This document shows, in pieces, positions 1 to 10,808 of a DNA stretch of 64,000 bases (position 1 is its first letter; the number at the start of each line of letters is the position of its first letter). Source of the stretch: Callorhinchus milii (lineage: Eukaryota); NCBI RefSeq assembly GCF_018977255.1, contig NW_024704743.1, positions 39,496,001-39,560,000 on the forward strand, given 5' to 3'. Made by a program: the position numbers and the translations under genes. The notes beneath the pieces are model-generated. The model was not told where the DNA came from. It did not search any database and saw only the letters and a program-made list of their open reading frames with translations.

Positions 1-112
1 TTGTTTTTTTTGAGGGATTATTATCAGGTATGTGGAGTAAGGAACCTTGCCCAAGGTTACACCCTGCTGGGAATCGAACCCAGGTCTCTCGCTTGCAAAG
101 CTACAGAACTCC
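1..112 (-). mobile_element. tRNA-derived SINE (young subfamily), 5' part, cut by the window edge
   Basis: Reverse complement gives GGAGTTCTGTAGC...GGGTTCGATTCC (B-box)...GGGCAAGGTTCCTTACTCCACA, matching the other copies; a small deletion removes part of the A-box region. Confidence 0.85.
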
Positions 113-224
113 ACATAATAAATATAATGAAAGTTATAAAGTTACATTTAACACAAAGATGTAAAGTTATAAGAGCACTGAGCTCGAAAATTCTGTAGGA
201 CTTCTTCCTGGCAATTCGTTCTCT

Positions 225-283
225 TGTCTTGGGATGTCCTCCTGACATGAAAGGCCCTACACAAATGTAATTTTGTTGTTGTT
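225..283 (+). mobile_element. L2 LINE 3' tail fragment
   Basis: CTTGGGATGTCCTCCTGACATGAAAGGCCCTACACAAATGTAATTTTGTTGTTGTT matches the tail of the L2 copy ending at 49119. Similar stubs lie near 8420-8478, 20650-20725, 30240-30315, 45475-45538 and 55983-56062. Confidence 0.75.
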
Positions 284-1195
284 CTGATGTCTTTGACGCT
301 ATCTCTGTTTCCTCAGCCCTTGATTCCTGAGGCTTTTATTACCACACATCAAACAGGCCTTCTCATTTGCATCAACCAGCTTTCACGCCTGTCAAAGTTT
401 CAAAGGCAGAGGTTAGCTTAGCCCCATTGAAACACCTTTGTCACTACCCCAATATCTACAGTCATCTCTCACCATCAAGTCACAGAGTCACTACACTTTA
501 CAATCTATTTTGTGAAGTCATTTGGGTTATGTTGCCGATGTGAAAGGAGCTATACCAAATGTAAGAATTATTATTATTATTAACATTATTATTAACCACG
601 TATCTCCATGTATTGCCTACTATCCGCATATCTAATTAACCTATCTTGAATCGTTCGGCCTGGGGTCCCTTCAGTTGGAGACATCTGAAACATTTACAGT
701 GTATATTCTATAGCCTGCATTCTGAACAGGAGCAGAGCAAACCTGAAGTTCTATAACAACTCTTAGTTCTCTTCTAGCTTGGTGTGAACATGGAGCAACC
801 AGAGTCTATACTGGAAAGGCTCCTACATTTGATTCTCCAGTTTGTGTTGAACTGACTCATACATTGCTAATCACAGGAATAAGAGGGAGGCCAATAATGT
901 CCCCACGAACCATTGGGCTAGTGACTGGGGAAATCAGCAGCTGATCCCATTTCTGATTCTTAGCCATTCAATCCTGCAGCAATTACCACCAGTGACAACT
1001 GCACAACTTCTTCCAAATGTTATGGTATAATGTTAATAGGTTTGTTACATAGGGAAAATGAAATGTATTGCTTTATGATGAACTCTAATTCATCAGTAAA
1101 GTTAGGTATTCAATACATTTTCCAAATTATCCAATAAGTAATGAGTACACAAATAACTTAAGCTTGTTAATGTTAATAAATCTTGCTGAAAACTG

Positions 1196-1504
1196 ATAAT
1201 AATAATCCTTGCATTTGATATAGCGCTTTTTACACCTTCAAGACTTCTCAAAGTACTTCACAGAATAGACTGTAAAGTGAATTGACTGTATATTTGTGGG
1301 CGAAACATGGAGCCAATTGTGCACAGCAGTGTCCCACATACAGTTGTGGATTGAAATGACCAATTTATTATTGTTTTTTTCTTGAGTGATTATTAGCAGG
1401 CGTGTGGGGTAAGGAAACTTGCCCACGATTTCACCCTGCTGGGAGTTGAACCCAGGTTTCTCACTTGCGAGGCGAGTGGTCTAACAACTGAGCTACAGGA
1501 CTCC
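1196..1504 (-). mobile_element. Full-length tRNA(Ala-like)-derived Deu-domain SINE (resembles Callorhinchus SINE2-type, from memory)
   Basis: Head GGAGTCCTGTAGCTCAG with A/B boxes, central GCTGTGCACAATTGGCT (Deu-like), L2-like tail AAAAGCGCTATATCAAATGCAAGG and (ATT)n; highly similar to copies at 24424, 49210, 60056 and 63675. Confidence 0.92.
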
Positions 1505-1779
1505 CTTGGGAGAAATGTTGCTGGAATACAATACCTTTGGCTTGGGTTTGTGAATGTACGTTCATATATCAAAGGTTTGTTATCCATTTTGATTGGTAAG
1601 CAGCCATTGTTCAAGTTCTGCACCTCCAACTGTTTGTCTGAGCTGTGGACAGGAAAATGGTGGCAATGCTATTCCAATTTCATGCTGAATTGTATTGCCC
1701 ACTAGGAAGACCGCAGGGAGTTCTTGGTCCATGTCATCTACTTAGCGAGGGATCAAATCTAGCTTGTCAGATTTCAACT

Positions 1780-2105
1780 CTTGCTACTCAGTTCCCATTA
1801 ACTCTACAAGCCAATGCCCTAATGGGTAGGGTGGTCCTAGCTGGACAAGCAGTGAGACAGTTTGCCAGACAGCAACATCAATGGCAAACTATGCAGATTT
1901 AGTTGATTAAATTCCAGCAGTACCCCAATGTACTCTCTAGGGTCTACAAACCTTATCTCTCGCCAGTCTGTGCCGAATACTCTTCAGAATTAGGTAAACA
2001 CAAGGAGAGTGCTGATTCCATTTCCTTTAAATATCTTGAATGTTTCCATGTATAGGTGGGATGCAAGGAATTCTCAGTTTGGTTTGGATACTCTTAAGCA
2101 TGGCT
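1780..2105 (+). repeat. Unclassified interspersed repeat (family X), copy 1
   Basis: ACTCAGTTCCCATTAACT...CAAGCCAATGCCCTA...CTAGCTGGACAAGCAG...CCAGCAGTACCCCAA...TTTGGATACTCTTAAGCA; the same blocks recur at 27630-28095 (-) and 58660-59320 (+). Confidence 0.75.
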
Positions 2106-2539
2106 AACTGAACAAATGGTGCTGGTACATCCCCTAATAGTTCAGTATTCACCCAATTCAATCTTGGAAAAGTGCCCAAACTAACCCAGCACAGCTTCCT
2201 GCTGTGAAATCTGATTCTTCTGTAAAGTATGTTGATTAAGCCTGAACATAAACTACAGCAATTGTAATTATTATGGGTTTCATTCACCTTGAGGCAGTTA
2301 ATTTATTCTTTGAGGATTAATTTAAAAATTATGAACCAGAAATGTAACAAGATTGTGACTTTTCTACATAAATTCTATGAACAACAACCTGTTTTCGGAT
2401 TCTGTTTATTAATTATTTTATAGCAGTTGACAATATACAGTCACCACAGTCAGCAATAAAAAATTGTAGAAATTCAGCAGTATGGAGTTGATCATACACC
2501 AGTATTGATTCTACAGATTTAGGTGCTCACTAGCAATGA

Positions 2540-2965
2540 TTTTTGGAGGGGAGGGGGTCATATGGGTGGTTGACAAACCATGCTTAAGAGTATCTAAACC
2601 AGACTGAGAGTTCCATAACAAAAACAGAGGGAGAGCTGGAAAACTCAGCAGGTCAGGCAGCATCTATGGAGAAAGGAATGTGAGTCAACGTTTCGGGTCC
2701 ACGACCCTTCGTTAGAATTAACGAACTGACAAAGGTTCGTGGATCTGAGGCGTTGACTCAGTTTCCTTTCTCCCTGGATGCTGCCTGACCTGCTGAGTTT
2801 TCCAGCTCTCTCTGTTTTTGTTTCAGAATTCCAGCATCTGCAGTATTTTGTGATTTGTTGAGAGTTCCATACACTGGAGATTCCCATGAATGGAATAGAA
2901 TAACATTCTCTCCCAGGAGGGACACATCCCGTTTACCTAATTCCAGAGACTATTAGGCGCAAATT
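2540..2965 (-). repeat. Family X copy 2, interrupted by a Penelope-derived insertion
   Basis: TGCTTAAGAGTATCTAAACCAGACTGAGAGTTCCAT...ACACATCCCGTTTACCTAATTCCAGA matches 27680-27845. Confidence 0.7.
2618..2858. mobile_element. Penelope-like element (PLE)-derived inverted-repeat insertion with a 13-bp target-site duplication
   Basis: Arms 2618-2716 and 2725-2821 are reverse complements (GCTGGAAAACTCAGCAGGTCAGGCAGCATC / GATGCTGCCTGACCTGCTGAGTTTTCCAGC). Direct repeat TGAGAGTTCCATA at 2605-2617 and 2859-2871. Family assignment is from recalled similarity to chondrichthyan PLE termini. Confidence 0.75.
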
Positions 2966-4254
2966 AACAATGAACAATAGACATTGTGAGTGAGTTGACT
3001 GCCTTATGAACTGTGAAAATTTCACTGAAAACATAGGACATGACACACTAGTGCCATTCACCCACCAAACACTTTACATTAAATAACACTTCAAGAGAGA
3101 GAGAGAATTGCATTCCAATCATATTAATAATACGAATACCACTAATAATTTTAATTAATCATTAATATTAATAATATTGTTATTATTATTCCACTCCAAT
3201 CACATCTAATGTGACCACAATCCTGTACATCAGTTATTAAACTGTTGTGTTACGTGGAACAGATTGTATGAATGATTTTCAAAAATAATCTATCAGATCT
3301 ACAAGTAACATTTTTTTTCCTTTTTAGACAGATTCCTTTAATATTCAGCCTATCTTCTTTTAGGCTTACTTTGACAATTCTAAAACAAATGGAGTGGAAA
3401 GGGTATTTCTTCAAACAGCCCGTGACTGCAACAATGAAAACTGTTCAATTAGATTTAATTGTTTAAGAAATTTAAGTTTAAGCAAATTTAAGAAATGTCG
3501 ATATACTTTAATTATCTCAATGACAGCAGAATATGTCAGGTTATCTCCTGGGTAACATTTCACTTCCTTCCAAAGGCAATTTAGAGAACCCGATGTTGTA
3601 TGCAATCTCAGTTTACTTCATGAAATAAAAGTCTATTGACTGTAAGTAAAATTCAGGCAACTAACTTTTGTGAAGTAAGTGCTTAATCTTCACTGAATAA
3701 ATTAACGATTTGTCCAAGTACATGTCATGCATTTGCGAATGATACTGGAAAAATATTCAAACTTTTTTTCTAGGAGACTGGAATATAAATTTTGACAACC
3801 CAGACATTTAAGGCCTGAAATGTCATGCAACATTTGACTGTCTGGTCTTAAAATTGCCTCAATTCCCTCTTAGTTTGGAAGGTGCTTCTTTTTAAGAAGC
3901 CTTAAAATTAAGGCTGAACTAAGTCTTTTCCACAACTTTGTGCTGTCTTAAACTTTAAAATATAAACCTTTCATTTGGTATAGAGCCTTCCACATTGGTG
4001 GGATGTGGACTGCTTCCACTGTATTCTGTAAAGAATTTTAACAGGCTCAACAATGTGATAAAGTTTCAAATACAAGGATTATTATTATTATTATTCTCTC
4101 ATTCACAGTGTAGTTTCTTCATTTGAGAGCAACATATATACAACTCACTACAGGCTTTAGGTTCATTTTGATCCATTATATGTTGATTGCTAAGTTGTTT
4201 TCTCTCATAGCTGACAACTCATGTTAGATATCATTTGTATTTGTAATTTAAATT

Positions 4255-4378
4255 ATAATAATTTTTGCATTTAATAGAGCATTTTTCACTTAGGGAGGAT
4301 GTCTCAAAGCATTCTACAGAATTTAGTATGAAGTATAGTGACCATACAGTTTGCCTACAAATGTGGCAGCCAATATGT
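4255..4378 (-). mobile_element. Old DeuSINE 3' fragment
   Basis: TTGCATTTAATAGAGCATTTTTCAC...GATGTCTCAAAGCATT...TGTGGCAGCCAAT. Many similar tails occur, for example near 18560-18660, 36065-36190, 38753-38910, 43510-43612, 43835-43970, 45785-45892, 55486-55610 and 61100-61240. Confidence 0.7.
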
Positions 4379-4543
4379 ATCTATTCACTCACCATGGAGC
4401 AGCTTCAAGATGGAGAGGGGAACAGCTAAATTGTGATTGATAGACAGCGGACTGCTGTCAAGTGGTTCCAGGCTGTCAATCAGTGAGGGGGCGGTGGAAC
4501 GAGGACGAAACAAGGGAGGGAATGGGAGAAATCAAATCGCGAT

Positions 4544-4617
4544 TGATTGACAGCTTGAGCTGCTTATGAATGAGTAGAGTGCCCATCCATTCATAAGCAG
4601 CTCCAAGCTGTCAATCA
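4544..4617. repeat. About 29-bp-arm inverted repeat (hairpin)
   Basis: TGATTGACAGCTTGAGCTGCTTATGAATG ... CATTCATAAGCAGCTCCAAGCTGTCAATCA with one bulge. Confidence 0.9.
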
Positions 4618-4799
4618 CCTTGAAGCCACAGCTACACCTTGAAGCCATAGGCACAGTCTCCTTTCCATCCAATAAGAATGGCAATGGGAGGGAGGAAGTG
4701 CTGCTGCTTCTGCTCTACTGGGGGGATGAGTTAAAGGAACTTTGGTTAACCTCGGACACTGCTTAAGCCGGAAAAGATGGCTGGGCCCCAATGTGTTCG

Positions 4800-5093
4800 G
4801 TTTAAGCTGCTTCAAATGTATATTATAAAGTTGATTGACTGTGCATTTTGTGGGCAAATCACATTACCCAATTGTGCACATTAATGTCCCACAAACAGTT
4901 GTGGATTGAGTGACCAAATATTTTTTTGACGGTTTACTACCCACAGAAGGTCCACTGATCAACTAACAACCGGGTTCCTATTTACTGCTGAGTAAACAGG
5001 TGTGTGGAATAAGGAAACTTGCCCAAAGTTTCGCCTGGCAGGAAAATCTAACTTGTATGCGAGGCAAGCACACTAGCCACTATGCTAATCAGC
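4800..5093 (-). mobile_element. tRNA-derived SINE, older and longer subfamily
   Basis: Decayed head, GGGCAAGTTTCCTTATTCCACAC, an extra block CTGTTTACTCAGCAGTAAATAGGAACCCGGTTGTTAGT, then the Deu-like block; same layout as 32503-32851. Confidence 0.8.
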
Positions 5094-7295
5094 CTCTCAA
5101 GAGTATTATAGGATAGATGCTCTGAGTTTGAATATTAGTGTGCAATGGAGTATTATAACTAATATGAAAGTTATTGTATTCTGGGCACAGCATTGAAATC
5201 TCTTACATTCAAACTATCTAATTCTGTTCTATCAATTACACTTTGTGCTTTCTTTTGAAGATTGTATTGGTTTATTCTGAGGTTTAGGCACTACTTAAAT
5301 CATTTGCTGTTTCACTTTTCATCTATCACCTGTCATGATGGATCAATTTGTTTCCCAAAGTCATTATACTCAAGCTTGATTAAAATTCAACTCACTAGTC
5401 TTTTTCACAGCTAGTGAAAAATAGAGATAGTACCAAAGGAATAGTTCAGGCTGTAATCGTCCTTCTAGCCTTCCCACCCAACTTATCAAAGAAATTCCAT
5501 GAAAAACATCTATCACTTTCATCTCCTAATCCTAATTTTTTTTAAATTTCCAAAAACTTGTCTCTGGTCCTGACATCTACAACCCTTCCTGCCAACCTGC
5601 TCCTTTCATTGATTCATTGATTACTGATTATAGTAACAAGCTGAAAGCAAAGCAAGAACGGGAAGTTATTTTTTCGATGGCAGTTTATTTTTTTTGTGCA
5701 TGAATGTCTTTAGTGCCATTTATTTAAACCTGTGATTTTAGTTATACAACCTATATCAGTGAGCCATTTTGAGTAAGCTAATTGTTGCAGCAAGTGCATT
5801 GAATGCCTGCCCACATGGCTTAGAACCCTGTGTTTTGTTCTGTCAAATGCAGTGCCTCTGAATTAAAGGTGGCTTAAAGGAAACTGTTTTCATTTAAACC
5901 TCTTATTTCAGTGAGTTGAAAGAAAAACAGATGGTGCATTTCTGTGGATTAATATTGATTTCATGAAGTTCATAAATCATTCACTAGGGCACAAACCATT
6001 TTGCCTCAGGAGACATTCTCCCACCTTTAAGATTAAATCTGATTCCACAAGATTGTAAATATTTATTCTCATGAGTAACTATGTACCTGCTATTTTAGGG
6101 TGTGAAAAAATAATTGGTGCTTGTATGCTTTCTTGATTGTAGTTTTGGTTTGTTTATTCAACAACAAGTTTCATTTATAAAGCTTCTATCATGTCGGGAG
6201 GACGTCTCAAGGTGAGTGTTTACACCCAAGCTGGTGGTTCAATTTGGGCTGGAGTGGGAGCTAAGGGGGAATGGGGGGAAAGATGATTACAGGCTCAGTC
6301 AACCTAGAGGTATTAATGCTCCTCTTTGGTAAATTAGTTTGCTTGCAATTATTGTAATAATAAGGAGCACATTTTAGCAGCATCGCTGCATTTACACATG
6401 TGAGGTACAATTTCACATACTGATGAAAGCATTTATTCAATTACGTCAGCTGAATTTATCGAACTGAAATGGTGGACGGTAGAGCACATAGATTTTCCAT
6501 TTCTTGTTCCATCTCGATGCTAAACTGTTTAATGGAGGCTCTAGATACCAAACTGAGATGTAATGAAGTGAACCGTTCCTTGCAGCCATTCTCAGCATGT
6601 ACTTTAGTCTTCTTTCCTTTTGAGATCAATTGCCCAGTTTTTTTTTGATTGGACTTCATCTTTTCAAAGCGCCAGTGTCATTTCTGATGCCTTTGGTTGC
6701 TAGGAAACCATCTTACACACACACCAACATGTCATCAAAGGGGCTTAGTATATGAAGGTGCATGTTTGAATTGTTATATTATTTCACAGAAATTATTTTT
6801 TGTCAAAAAATATTATTTGGGGTGCAAATGAAATATTTACGGACCTTAATTTGGTCTGCTGTTAGAGGCACAATGATGTATTTTAATTGAGTATTTGTGA
6901 AGGAAACCTTTTCAATCTTAAAAGGTGCTGCAGAGAATTGGGATGTCATTATTTCAGCAGGCATTTACATCACCCCATTAGGCTATGCTATGCTTTGATC
7001 TCGACTATGCTATATATCAAATCATGTATAAACAGAAGTGCTCCTGCCTCCTACCATTCTAGACTATCATGAAATATTACATTAAGTAATTTGCAAATCA
7101 AATGAAATGGAATGCAACAACTCTTCATAGTATTGGTTTTAATAATAATGCTCCCTGTTTGATTTTCAGTAATTGCTTTGATTTGAAATGTTATTATGGG
7201 GTTTCATTTTTGAGCCACTTTTAATGTTCTGAGTGCTGTTTAAGGAAAACAATATTATCCCTTCCCAGATTGCACAGACATTGATTTGAATAGAT

Positions 7296-7575
7296 TATTA
7301 GATTACAAGATTAGTTTGGATGAGGAAGACTCTTCGGCATCTGATCTCATCCTCCAAGAATGCCCACTCTACTGTCTTTCCATCACAAGCATCAAGCTGC
7401 TTTTTTAAGCGAGTCTAGCGCCCTGGCCTCAACCACCCTTCCTGGCAACCTGTTCCAGTCATAATTATGCTCTGGATAAAGAAATATTTCTTGTGTCTGT
7501 CCTGAAATTTCCCTTTACAACTCTAAACCTGTGACCTCTTGTTCTGCTCTTTCGGGTCATTCGAAAGTAAATGTC
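7296..7575 (-). mobile_element. Decayed CR1 LINE 3' fragment
   Basis: AGGTCACAGGTTTAGAGTTGTAAAGGGAAATTTCAGGACAGAC...TGGAACAGGTTGCCAGGAAGGGTGGTTGAGGC corresponds to the CR1 ORF2 C-terminus (RGH..L....FR.D.R..FF.QR....WN.LP..VV.A). Related fragments lie at 5430-5615 (-), 20055-20255 (+), 21210-21620 (-) and 25530-25640 (-). Confidence 0.75.
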
Positions 7576-8921
7576 GAAAGCTACTTCAGCATTATTTCTT
7601 CTGCAGATCTATGCAGCCAGAAATTAATGCAATAAAACTATTAACAAAGAAATGTTTCCCTTTCAAGTTTTTGTGTAAAGCTTTCCTGTTGCATATTTGT
7701 CATGGTGATAATTATCCCATCACATGACACAATTTTCACTACAGAAGTGTGAAACATGTGTCATGGGATAATTATTACATCAAATCCCACTTTTTTCCCC
7801 CAAATTGTAAAACAGATCTTGTCTCAACAAAATTTAGCTCAGAAGAGTATTTTAAACACATTTCACACTAATCACTATTGCTGCTTATTGTGTATTCAGT
7901 ACACTTAATGCCCCCACATATTTCACCACACATTGCAATTCCATTCACAAAACAAGGTTTTTAATTATCTTGGATTTTCATGTCATTTTGTGCCTGACTC
8001 CTCAGAGATCCGGTGATGACAGATTTATAGCTGACGATTTTTAATTTTGTTGATTTCAAAGTAGCTACTGGCTGGATCTGACATGGATGTGTATGAACCA
8101 AAGAAAGAGATGCACTTGTCAGGATTTATTGACACTGCTTAATTTTATTGATTGGTTGGAAACTGGCTGTTTTCGGAGAAATATAAGACTTGAGTACGAA
8201 GCTAGCAGAAGAATGGTAGCGTCAACTTCATATTGACTTCTATCTGAAATGCTGGGTTCAATGACGATGATGAGTATTTCCCCTTCTATGCCAATCACAT
8301 CTCTGAGGCTACCATCAGTCTCCCATTAAGTCACTATTCATTCTTCAGGAGGATTTAATTCTATAACAACATTTCAACATGCTCACAGTGAGAAATGAGG
8401 ACTAATATTTATAACAGCATGTCCTTGGGATGTCCTCCCAATTTGAAAGGCACTATAGAAATGTAATTTTGTTGTAGTAATAAGCATTCTTTACTTCAAT
8501 TAGCTTCTCCCCCCATTGTCTTGTGATCACTGAATCTATCCATTTTAGCACTAGCTACAAGATCAGTGGCTCGAGAATTCAGATGGTCTCAGTATTAAGA
8601 CCATTTTTTAAAAATTTACAATCGTGCCGAATGTCTGAATATTTCAAAATTAGAGTTGATGTTTGGAGCCAATTATCTGCAAGCTTAGAATCCAGAACCA
8701 TATATTATTGGGGTGAAATGTGCAGGATTTAATAATGCATTAGGAAATTATGTCAAAGTAAAATATCTCCTGTTAGAGATAAAGTAATGAAAGGAAGGGA
8801 AATTATTTATTTTGAAACTATTTTGGGCAGTGCCTTACTTCACTGCAATAAGTGAATGCTGTCAATATGCTTGGTACTTGTAAAACCTTTAGCCTTCAAC
8901 GTAGAATTTAATGATTGAATT

Positions 8922-10270
8922 AACAACAATAACAACAAGATTACATTTGTATAGCATCTTTCACGTCGGAAGGACGTCCCAAGGCGCTGGACAGTGTACT
9001 GCATTTCAGAACTGAGCTGGGGTCAGGGGGGGGATAAGGGAGGGGAAGGTGGGGATTACCGATGGCATGGTTGAAGAGGAGGGTTTTGAGGCGGAACTTG
9101 AAGGAGGCTAAGTAGGGGATGAGGTGGAGTGATTGGGAGATGGAATCCCAGAGGCTGGGGGAAGAGTGGCTGAAAGCTCTCCCGCCAATGGTGGGTCGGG
9201 TGGGTTGGGGGACGTGGAGCAGGCCAGAGCCAGATGAGCGGAGGGAGCAGACAGGTTGGTAGGGGCTTAGGAGGTTGCAGAGGTAGGGTGGGGCGAGGCC
9301 ATGGAGGACTTTGTAGGTGAGTACCATGATCTTGAGCTGGATCCTCTGAAGGATAGAGAGCCAATGGAGTCGGGCGAGAATGGGAGAGATGGAGTCACGG
9401 AGTATGGTGTGGGAGAGGACACGGGCTGCAGAGTTCTGGATTATCTGCATCCTGTGGAGGGAGGTGTTGGGATGGCCAACAAGCAGGGCATTTGCATAGT
9501 CAAGCCTGGAAGTGATGAAGGAATGAACAAGAGTTTCAGTGGCCTGAGGGGTAAGGTACTGGCGGAGTCGGGCAATGTTACGGAGGTGAGAGAAGACAGA
9601 GTGGGTCATGGCTTGGATGTGGGGAAGAAAAGACATTTGAGGGTCGAACAAGACACCTAGGTTCCTGACTGGCTTGGTGAGTTGAAGTGTGCAACCATGG
9701 AGGTTGATACTGCCAGAGCCTGAGGTGCTGAGGCACTGGCGCGAGCCAATCATGAGGGCCTCAGTCTTGTTCACATTCAACTGTAGGAAATTTGCTCTCA
9801 ACCAGGACGATATCTGACAGGTAGTCTGTCAGGACAGCAGTGGTCCTGGAGTTGAGGGTGGAGGCAGAAAGATACAGTTGGGTGTCATCGGCATACATAT
9901 GGATCCAGACAAGGGCAGGTCTGTGAAAGTTAAATAAAGAGGAGAGGCGGTGTATGAGGATGGAATGGTTGACAGTTTCAAAGGCAGCAGAGAGGTCGAG
10001 GAGGATAAGGAGGCAGAGGGAGCCCTGATCATAGATGTTCGGAATGTCATTAGTGACTTTGACCAGGGCTGTTTCCGTGCGATTGGCAGCACCAAATCCG
10101 GATTGAGGGGTTCAAAGAGGGAATGACGAGAAAGAAAGGAGCGGAGCTGGGACACGACACGTGTTCCAGGACCTTGGCGAGGAATGGGAGGTTAAAGATG
10201 TGGCTGTAGCTGGAGAGGAGGGATGGGTCCAGGGAAGATTTTTTCAGGATGGAGGTGATGACGACAGCTG
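8922..10270 (-). mobile_element. 5'-truncated L2 LINE (RT C-terminal region and tail), non-functional
   Basis: ORF 8941-9801 has NFLQLNVNKTE, VRNLGVLFD, SRLDYAN, LHWL..QRI and GGRAFS. YADD lies near 9883-9894. (GTT)n tail; possible TSD GAATTAACA at 8917-8925 and 10277-10285. Confidence 0.95.
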
Positions 10271-10290
10271 TTTTTAGAATTAACAGTTAA

Positions 10291-10500
10291 CATAACGTAA
10301 AATGTAGGAGCAGGAGTAGGCCATTTGGCCCTTCGAGCCTGCCCCGCCATTCAATCATGGCCGATCTTCTAATCTAACTCCAGGTAATAACCTGACCCTG
10401 CCTTATCCCCATATCCCTTAATCCCTTTTGCAATAAGAAATCTATCTATCTCAGTCTTGAATATGTTCAAGGACTGAGCGTCAACAGCCCTTTGGGGTAG
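10291..10500 (-). mobile_element. Shark-type CR1 LINE 3' end
   Basis: Encodes LPQRAVDAQSLNIFKTEIDRFLIAKGIKGYG, followed by 3' UTR GAATGGCGGGGCAGGCTCGAAGGGCCAAATGGCCTACTCCTGCTCCTA. Confidence 0.9.
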
Positions 10501-10763
10501 TGAGTATTCATGCAGGCATATATTGCAACAGTCAGAACCAGCATAGATATTTATAGGGTATATATCTTCAACTGAAGGCATCTTCACTGATTTGAGAGAT
10601 TGGAGGGGACAGCCTGCTCCTTCAAGGGAATCCCTTTGCTTTCCCTCCATGGCAGATATCTTGGTTGCAGTCATTGACTCCATTGACTTTCTCACCATTT
10701 CTTGTGGACACCATGGTTGCCATTTGTCAGTTTCCAACAACCACAACTATTTAACTTTTTGAA

Positions 10764-10808
10764 ACAAAGACAGAGATCACCAGAAACAGTCAGCAGGTCA
10801 GGCAGCAT
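10764..10808. mobile_element. 45-bp PLE-derived fragment with a 17-bp target-site duplication
   Basis: ACAAAGACAGAG...TCAGCAGGTCAGGCAGCAT (as 2618-2664), flanked by CTATTTAACTTTTTGAA at 10747-10763 and 10809-10825. Confidence 0.75.

Noticed and set aside
4480..4515. GAGGACGAAAC resembling half of a hammerhead ribozyme
   Set aside because: No upstream CTGANGA box and no complementary stem II.
8941..9801. 286-aa ORF, and the 266-aa ORF at 14190-14990, as host genes
   Set aside because: Both are 5'-truncated L2 ORF2 fragments with deletions or frameshifts upstream; the overlapping Pro/Ser- or Gly/Glu-rich ORFs are shadow frames.
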